DNA from: Octopus vulgaris
Lineage: Eukaryota
Reading direction: 5' to 3'
Length of the DNA stretch: 64,000 bases
NCBI GenBank assembly: GCA_951406725.2
Contig: OX597819.1
Location: 57,846,001 to 57,910,000, forward strand
This document shows, piece after piece, positions 55,150 through 64,000 of this stretch (position 1 is the stretch's first letter; every line of letters starts with the position of its first letter). Made by a program: the position numbers and the translations under genes. The notes under the pieces were generated by a model. That model worked only from the letters and a program-made list of their open reading frames with translations. It ran no database searches and was not told the origin of the DNA.

Positions 55150-56770
55150 AGTTGGTAGTGTAACTGTAAACATTATCAATGAAATAAAAATTATCCCCCC
55201 AAAAGTCATCTCTACTCAATTTTGAAACATATTATACTGTATCAAGAACTTTTTTATTATTCTAATATTTTACGGTTTGGTACAAGACAAGATGTCTTAC
55301 ACAACATCAATTTCAACAGCCGAGACACAGAAATCTTAAACATTATTGGACGAGATTTCAATCATGATAAACAAATATGAATCCCTTACTAATGCTTTCT
55401 ATGTAATGGAACAAGAAACACGGACCTACAGAGAAACACTGCATTCCCTTCTTACAGACCGTTATCAAAATGAAAACCAAAGTAGAACTGGAGTGGATCC
55501 CCACAAATTAAATTCAACCACACAAAAGATATTAAAAGAATGTTATGAACTCAACTTGGAAAAGGAAGCATACGAAAAGAAAACCCAGGTGAAAAACATC
55601 TGAAACAGTATATTAAATAAAAGAAAACAAGCATATTGGAGAGCCCTAAGAAATGAAAACCTAGCTAGCACATATACACAATGGAGGAACAAGGAAGTAA
55701 TACTCCTAAGAAAATTTCGTATCAAAGAAACAACGTCGGAAACAAATGAAAAAATAAACATTCGCCTTAATTTAGCAGTACAGAGATTTGAAGGTGCAAC
55801 CACACTACTTCGCCTTAGACTAACAAACTTCCAAAGGAAATTTGAGACATATGACACCTATATACATGAAGAAATTAGCAAAATATGCAACGGTAGTATC
55901 CAACGCAAATTTCTAGACGTCGAAAAGCGATGCCATTAGAGACAAGATGAAGTCCAAGAATATCTTAAAATCAAAAATCCACTGGCTACAGGAATACGAA
56001 AACAACTATGGTAAAAACCAGATAAAACCTAAACACCGACCTACTACCACAGCCGTAAGAACTCAAAACGCCATTAAGGTAAGGAAATTTTCCACAAGAC
56101 AGACAAAGATACAGCAGTTCTCTAAGAAAAACACATTTATGATCATACGCAAATATAACAAGAAATAAGAGAACTTCGAATCCCAACCAAAGAATAAATA
56201 GAACTCTCCCGGCACCATATCATAGACCCAAACAAACCAGATGGAAAGACATTAGAATAAGGAATCAACCCCCAATCCAACAACTAAGACAGCATCCAGC
56301 ACACAAGGCTTAAGCAGCTTGATGGATAAGTTTCTAAAACCTTTATGTAAAATGATACTAAGTTTTGTCCAGGACGATATGAACTTTTTGAACTACATAC
56401 CTAAAAGTGTCAACCAGGAAACAATTCGAGATAGTTTCGATGTAACTAGTCTATACACCGACATCCCACACGACCTAAGAATTGAAGCTGTAAACTTCTG
56501 CTTAACAGAACATCCGAACTATATCATGGAATGATTCTCAAAAACCCTCATTTTAGAAGGATTAAAATTAATACTGGAAAATAACCACTTCTTCGATAAC
56601 AACTTTTCCTTACAAATAAAATAAGCGGTGATGGGCACAAAAGTAGCCCCCAAATATGCAACACTCGTTATGGGCTTCTTAGAAGTCAAACTTTATTCCC
56701 AACTAAGGGAAATATTTAACGAACAATTCTCCATTTATATATAAAAAAGAAACAATTGGAAACGATATAT
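55150..56770 (+). mobile_element. Penelope-like element, degraded N-terminus plus RT N-half
   Basis: DKFLKPL..SFVQDDMNFL, SFDVTSLYTDIPHD, LENNHFF, VMGTKVAPKYATLVMGFLE, WKRYI (breaks into (TA)n where YIDD is expected). Confidence 0.88.
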
Positions 56771-56819
56771 ATACATAATTATTAATTATATATATATATA
56801 TATAAATGCATATATTTGT

Positions 56820-56966
56820 ATGTGTCGGTGTTTGTCTTACCCGCGATCGCATGACAATATATGTTGGTGTGTTTATGTCCCCGTAACTTAGCGGCTTGGC
56901 AAAAGACACCGATAGAATAAGTACTAGGATTACGAAAAATAAATCCTGTGGCCGATTTGTTCGACT
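56820..56966 (+). mobile_element. SINE family A, 3' body fragment
   Basis: GGTGTGTTTATGTCCCCGTAACTTAGCGG...GATAGAATAAGTACTAGG. Confidence 0.85.
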
Positions 56967-56974
56967 ATATGTGT

Positions 56975-57338
56975 GTATGTATGTGTATGTGTGCGTGCGC
57001 GTGTAGGTATATATTGTGTGTATGTATATGTGTCGGTGTGTATGTGAATTAGTGTGTGTTTGTACGTGTGTATGTGTGTGTGCGTGTATTGTATATATAT
57101 ATGTAAATGTGTGTGTGTGTACGTGCGTGGGAGTGAATATATGTATATATGTGCGAGTGTGTACAAATGTAGGGGTTTATATGTGTGGTTATATGTTTAT
57201 ATGTGTGTACATTTACATATATATACAATACACGCACACACACATACACACGTACAAACACGCACTAATTCACATACACACCGACACATATACATACACA
57301 CAATAAATACCTACACGCGCACGCACACATACACATAC
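56975..57338. repeat. ~135-bp inverted duplication of cryptic TG/CA low-complexity DNA
   Basis: GTGTCGGTGTGTATGTGAATTAGTG versus CACTAATTCACATACACACCGACAC; arms ~56975-57112 and ~57207-57338. Confidence 0.85.
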
Positions 57339-57848
57339 GTAAGCACATATAAGCACAGACACACACATACATACGCTCACAAAAAACATGCGCACACATA
57401 CGCACGCACACGCGCGAAAAACTCACAACCCCACGGATACACGCATATACATCCATATACGCTTACACACACACACATACAAACGCACACATACACGCAC
57501 ACACAACTACACGCACATACATACACACACACACACAAATGAACCCACACATACATCCCATACACACGGCGCACAACCATGCATACACGCACACAATTAT
57601 ACATACATATATATACACACACACGCACGTACAAGCACACACGCACACATACATTAAGTTAAGCACAGCTACTCGCCACACACCCAAACTCCACGCATAC
57701 ACACAAAAACACACACATACTACAAACAAAACACACACACGATACATATACATACACGCACACACACACCTCTTTGTTTTTGACCTGCGATTAGACCCAA
57801 AACACCACTCCTTAATTCTTACTACAGGCCTGCTAGCCAGTTGTTCGC

Positions 57849-57911
<63 letters not shown>

Positions 57912-58205
57912 ACACGAGCGCACACGCTGACCTACCCGCATGCACTACACCGACACACATGAAGAAAATGGAGGGAATCCACAGGTATTATTCTTCAGTT
58001 GTTAGACATATTTCTATTCATTTATTTTATACAGTTCAATTAGTATATGAATACATTTGTAAAGTATTAGTAATTTCTAGAATAGAGAAAAGAGAAAAAA
58101 GAGTAACTTCTTACGGCTGTTTCCAACAGCAGTATATTGGATAGATACTATCACTTGGCTGGATTAACAATCTCTAACTTACTTTCTTTATATGCATATA
58201 TATAC

Positions 58206-58262
<57 letters not shown>

Positions 58263-58320
58263 TTTATATATACATAGATACATATGTATGTATATATATA
58301 TATATACATATGTGTATACA

Positions 58321-58375
<55 letters not shown>

Positions 58376-58379
<4 letters not shown>

Positions 58380-58806
58380 CTTAACTAATATAGACATTCT
58401 TAAAAATAAGAATAAGGCTGTCGCTGATTAGCTCCATGAAGCCATCGCCTCAAGCTAGCTACTTGACACACAAACTGCGTCCGTTATTAAACCTTCGAAC
58501 AGGGGAGGTCAGCCGCTTCAACCTGCTAGTCCGACAGCTACAGACATGTTTCAGGGTTGTTGCCCCTTCTCAATGCAGCGTAGTCAGACCTGCAGGTGTC
58601 GCTACTGACCGTATCCGTTCGAAGATTCTATTTACGCAGTTTGTGTGTCAAGTAGCTAACTTGAGGCGATGGCTTCATGGAGCTAATCAGCGACAGCTTT
58701 ATTCTTATTTTTAAGAATGCCATATTAGTATGGAGATAACTATTAATTTCCAGAAACGCTGTCGTAATCTCTTTTAAAGAGACTTGGTAATTTTATTATT
58801 TCTATT
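58376..58806 (-). mobile_element. Foldback element in (TA)n with ~86-bp inverted arms and an apical hammerhead
   Basis: 58395-58480 pairs with 58634-58719; inner pairs ACCTGC/GCAGGT and GTCCGAC/GTCAGAC lead into the HHR. Confidence 0.8.
58537..58579 (-). ncRNA. Minimal type I hammerhead with U3-A8 core variant
   Basis: Reverse complement GCTGCA TTGAGAA GGGG-CAACAA-CCCT GAAA C-AT-G TC TGTAGC; palindromic ACATGT, GUC site. Confidence 0.78.
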
Positions 58807-58890
58807 ATATATACATATATATATACGTATATTTATATATACATATATACATATGTATGTATATATATATATACATATGTGTATACATAT

Positions 58891-58988
<98 letters not shown>

Positions 58989-59233
58989 CGAGTAAGAAAC
59001 CACCATATATATATATGTGGTTGCTACTCGTTATGCAGGGTCTCACCACCTTTTGTACTGACACCTTAGATATATGATGGCGTCTGGTGTGTTTATTTAA
59101 ACCAGACAATGTATTGAAAAGGCATCCTCATGAATACCCACACACGCACACACATATACATATATATGCATAGATGTGTATTTACATCATTATAAAAAAT
59201 ATCTATATCTATCTGTCTGTCTATCTATCTATC

Positions 59234-59294
<61 letters not shown>

Positions 59295-59297
59295 CTC

Positions 59298-59332
<35 letters not shown>

Positions 59333-59518
59333 ATCACATGTATCAAACGTTGTCTTTCACAGGTATGAGTAACATATCTCGATTATCCCAATTTCTGGTT
59401 CTTCATCATGATCGTCATCATCATTATGATCATCATCATCATTTATCATGAACATCAACGTGAAAGAGCCTCTTCAATTTCTTTACATACATACATACAT
59501 ACACACACACACATATAT

Positions 59519-59570
<52 letters not shown>

Positions 59571-59627
59571 CACTTCACCATATTCTTCTACCATCATCTT
59601 CGTTATCATCCTTATTCTCCTCCTCCC

Positions 59628-59659
<32 letters not shown>

Positions 59660-60833
59660 AATCACCTCATTCTCAGTCTCATCATTTATCACTGCCAACC
59701 TCTTCAACTTCTATTCTTTGGCATCGAATTTTCATTGTCATTCGATGTGTTTCTTTCTTAAGAGGAGGAGGATTCTTTTTATATTTTATATTTTTTCTTG
59801 GTGTTTTACATTTTTCTTCTTCTTTTTTTTTTGTCATATTTTTATTTTCATTGTTTTCGTTTTTGATTCCTATATCACTTTTGCACATGGAAATCCAATC
59901 TAATATTTATCATGATTTCACTTTTGTTAAATTTATTTATTTTCTCTCTCTTCCATATTTTCTCTCTCTTCCATATTTCCTGAAACCGCATTTCACACTT
60001 TAGAATTGTCGGATCTTAGCAATTTGTAAAATTTTCTTCATCCTGGACAAGAGTTTTCTTCTGTATTACAATGCAGTTGCAAAGGATCGAATGTGTTCTT
60101 GTGCGCATGCGCGTGCATGTGCATGTGCTTCTTTGTTCGTGAGTGTGTATGTGTGTGGTTGTGTGTGTGTGGGAGGGGGGTAAAAACGTTTCTGTTTGTT
60201 TGCTTGTGTGCGAGTATGTGTTCTAATCTTTCTGTATGAGTATGTGTGTGTATATGTGTGTGTGTGTGCATGTGTATGTGTACATGTGTATGTGTATGCG
60301 TGAATGTTTGTTGTGTGTAAGAAAGTTTCGCTGCGTATTCGCATGTGTTTGACAGTATGCTAATTCTTGTATGTGTGGGTATACGTGTGGGTATGTGTGT
60401 GTTTGTGTGTGTCTGCATGTGTGTTTGTGTGTGTCTGCATGTATGTTTGTGTGTTTGTTTCTGTGTGTTCGTGTGTGTTTGTTTGTTTATGTGTGTGTTT
60501 GTTCGTGGGTTTTTGTATGTGCGCAGGTTTGTGTGTGTATGTGTGTGTGTGTCTCTGTCTGTCTGTTTGTCCGTCTGTGTGGTTCTACGTAATAAAGTTT
60601 CTCTGTGTGTTTGCTTGTGTCAACGTGTCCTAGTTCGCGTATGTGTATGCTTGAATATTTGTGTTCGTGTAAATTTCCCTGCGTTTGCGTGTGTGCTTGA
60701 GTGTGCAAGTTCTTTGGGCAAGCTCTACTTATTCCATCCAATAGGTTTCTTTTGACCCAATATTTATACAATATCATTTATAGCATTATTCCTTTGAGAT
60801 TCACTTTTCCGAATTACTTCACGTTCTTCTGAA

Positions 60834-61005
60834 GTATGTATGTATGTATGTATGTATGTATGTATGTATGTATGTATGTATGTATGTATGTATGTATGTA
60901 TGCATGTATGTATGTATGTATGTATGTATGTATGCATGCATGTATGTACGTACGTACGTACGTACGTACGTATGTATGTATGTATGTATGTATGTATGTA
61001 TGTAT
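60834..61005. repeat. (TATG)n microsatellite with (TACG)n and TGCA variants
   Basis: Read directly. Confidence 0.97.
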
Positions 61006-61559
61006 GTGTTATGTCGCACGTTCAGATGCCTCTACTCAACCCTACTCTCTCCGCTAATCTACTACTCCTGACGCCTTGGCTTCTCCCTCTATATCTACGT
61101 ATTGGGCTAGCCTACTTCATCGTCCTGGGGGCGTCCACACAACATTATGTGCCCCCCCCTTATCTTTGTTTCTACGACCACCACCGCTTGATAACCAGTT
61201 CTGGTTTGTTTATGTCCCCGTAACTTAGCACGTTGGCATCGAGCATCCTTTTACATTTTATCTCAGTGTCGCAAAACGATATCTTAATTAACTTTCATAT
61301 TACACTATACCATATGTGAGACCAGGATCACATAGGTTGTGTTAGATACCCACCTTCCACTGGAGGGTCGTGTGGTACCCTATTTCGTATCACATCCTAG
61401 ATACCACACGACCAACGGGTAGATCGTGTGGAAATTTTATAGGTATAACTATTACATGCATGCTAATTCTTGTTTCTTTCTTTTTAGGTTCTTAATTGTC
61501 TATAATTTGCAAATTAGCTTAACCTAAATTAGCAAGCCTAAATACGCATTAGCAATACC

Positions 61560-62170
61560 AAGTATTCTAAACGGCTCCATAAAGGACTAATTATTGGCAT
61601 GCAACAAAATGATGGAATTATAGTAGCAAAGTGGAAGGATATGCGTGATGTGCTAAAGTTATCTACGAAACGCGACTTTAGCTTCATGGAAACATAGCGA
61701 AGAGTGAATGATGAGGAAGTAAAGAAACCAGTAATAATTCTGACTACAATGCGATGAAACAGGAAATAAATATCTCTGAGCTACTTCACACCTCTTAGAA
61801 AAAGCATCAGATGATATCACAAGATTGCTTTTGAAACCTGCTCAACACAGCCATAGTAAATGATTTTGTGATATTTCGAAAGAACAATCAACAGAAAGTG
61901 TAGATTGCTGAGTTTTTGAAAATCTGTTCTTGAATCATTCTGCGATGTGGACAATCACCCAACAACAACATCAAGAGCTGCAAGCACTTGTACCCACCAT
62001 AACTTGAAAAGATGCAACGAATGGGACAAATTGAACAGAACAGTTCGTAAAAGTTATGTATGCTATTATAGTGAAATGAGAAAAATAATGCGTGCAAACA
62101 AATAAATCCATATTGTATTGAATGCTCCGGTTTTCCTTCCCTTTGCCTTGAGTAGGAACATTGGTCAATT
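61560..62170 (+). mobile_element. Degraded piggyBac transposase C-terminal half
   Basis: GIIVAKWKDMRDVLKLSTK, KKPVII, PLRKSIR*YHKIAFE, LNTAIVN; many lesions; termini not identified. Confidence 0.7.
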
Positions 62171-62559
62171 AAAATTTTCGGCTATTTTCTACTGGAGGAG
62201 CACGAACTCTTTTCAAAAAGAACTAGCTATTTTTGTTTCAATGGTAAATAAAACATTTTCAATAACGAATCATTAATGTTACCTCATTACATGGTGAAAT
62301 CAAAAGAAAAACGAAAAAATATTTTAAAACATCTGTCTATGTACGTTGAATGTGTTAATGCGAGTTGCGTGTGTATGTATATTTAACCTGTGTTCAGGTA
62401 TTACGTGATTGTGTGGGTGTGGACATATATATTGTCTCTGTTCGGGTTTTATGTGCTTGTGTGGGTGTCGGAGTGTGCATGACGGTGTGTGGTGTGTGTA
62501 CTGAGTTAAACAGTGTATGTGATTGATCATATAGCGGTGTGTGGTGACGCTATTGAAGA

Positions 62560-63590
62560 TTGTGGGGGGGGTGCTGGGAAGTAATCAGTGCTGGGGTGTG
62601 GAGCGGTGTGGGGTTGGTACCAAAGGAAGAGAGGAGGTGAGGTTGGTGTCAGATGAAGAGAGGAGGTGACTTTAGCCCATGTGGTGCAATAGAGCGAAGA
62701 GAGAAGATCACTGTCTGTTCACTGCGAAGGCGAGAGTCTGGATGGCCCCTGTACAAAGGCAGTCCGAGCACAGACAGATGCTGTAGCGAATTACCGGTGG
62801 AACGGAAATGGCGCAGAGACCGGGTTGTTATTGCTGAGTCTGATGTGTTGGAGGTGCTCCGCGAACCGACAGCGTGAGCAGAAGCAGGGGAGGCTGAGAG
62901 GTAGAGTTAGGGAAGAAACTGTCGACCAGAAGGCCATGCATATTATGGGATCATTTGAAGGAGGGAATGTGTAGGTTGGGGAAGATGTGCGAGATGGAGT
63001 GGTTCGGAGAATGGTGCGATGGAGAGGCAGGGTTGAGGGGTGGTAGGTAAGGGGAAACGGAAGACGAGAAACGGTGGAGCGGGAGCGAGGAGAAAGAGCA
63101 CAGGCATGGTCCACAGATCGTGTGCTGGCAAGGTCCACAGATCGTGCGCTGGATAGTGGTGAGGGAATAGCCACGTAGGACGAAGTGGCGAGCCATGAGT
63201 TGAGACTGAGTTTCAAAGTCATGGTTTTCAGTGCTGAGCCTGTGCAGATGGAGGAATTGGGAGTAGGGGATAGAGAACTTGGTGTGGATAGGCTGGAAGG
63301 AGTAGAAGTCAAGGTATGAGTGGGAGTCAGTTATTTTGTAATGGACAGAGATAGTGAGAGCGGAGTGGTGTATTCTGATAGAAATGTCAAGAAATTCGAC
63401 GGAAGAGTTAGAGATAGGGCAGGATAATTCGAGGGCAGGATGGAAGGATTGGACAAAAGCGAGAAAGGAGTCTAGTTGCACGCGGGAGAATGAGGTTGCG
63501 ACGATGCAGTCATCGATATAACAACCGTATAATTCGGGAGTGGGACCAGTGAATTCTGAAAATATTTGGGCCACAACGTAGCCAAAGGAA
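62560..63590 (-). mobile_element. Penelope-like element: RT C-half plus partial GIY-YIG
   Basis: YGCYIDDCIV, FHPALEL, VEFLDISI, VHYKITDSHSYLDF, SIPYSQFL; then RFAEHL and RLRSEQTVIFSLRSIAPHGL. Confidence 0.92.
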
Positions 63591-63654
63591 CAGATTTACA
63601 TAGTTGGGGCCCATTCTCTTTCCCATATATGTGTATATATATGTTCCATTCTAG

Positions 63655-63704
63655 CAAAAACTGTCTGATGAACGGCAACGAGAAACTCAGAGTAACAGAT
63701 TTTG
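63655..63704 (+). ncRNA. Type I hammerhead motif, canonical core
   Basis: CAAAA.CTGT CTGATGA ACG-GCAA-CGA GAAA CT-CAG-AG TA ACAG.TTTTG; 10.1-11.1 is an A-A mismatch; GUA site. Confidence 0.7.
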
Positions 63705-63725
63705 TTGATTTTTCTGCTGCTTAAA

Positions 63726-63805
<80 letters not shown>

Positions 63806-63814
63806 GTGTGTGTG

Positions 63815-63846
<32 letters not shown>

Positions 63847-64000
63847 ATATGTATATGAGAACGTTGTAAGGTTCGAAAATCGATTGTCTTTTCATTATTG
63901 CTTTCAATCTACAGAGAAATAGCTCAACGTGCCCTGTCTACATTACATATATCTGTACATATACATATATTTGTATCATATATCAAGATATATATATATA

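Noticed and set aside
58095-58185. Minus-strand GAAACAGCCGTAAGA half-hammerhead
   Set aside because: No CUGANGA half visible; truncated.

Overview
AT-rich, microsatellite-saturated animal genomic DNA, probably a coleoid cephalopod such as Octopus (inferred from the SINE families and repeat landscape, not verified). I found no convincing host-gene exon; almost all listed ORFs are microsatellite artefacts. The window is a mosaic of mobile elements: a Tx1/L1-clade LINE with an open ORF2 segment, R4/Dong LINEs in (TAA)n, CR1-like and RTE fragments, Penelope-like elements (PLEs), hAT, three Tc1/mariner types, a piggyBac relic, non-autonomous Helitrons and at least three tRNA-derived SINE families. 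The most striking signal is about a dozen minimal type I hammerhead-ribozyme (HHR) motifs in unrelated small elements, many inserted in (TA)n. They include canonical C3-G8 cores, compensatory A3-U8 (54399-54436) and U3-A8 (58537-58579) cores, one HHR at the tip of a ~330-nt rod-like foldback, and a 331-bp retrozyme-like tandem. All structures were read by eye and need folding, covariance-model and cleavage confirmation.
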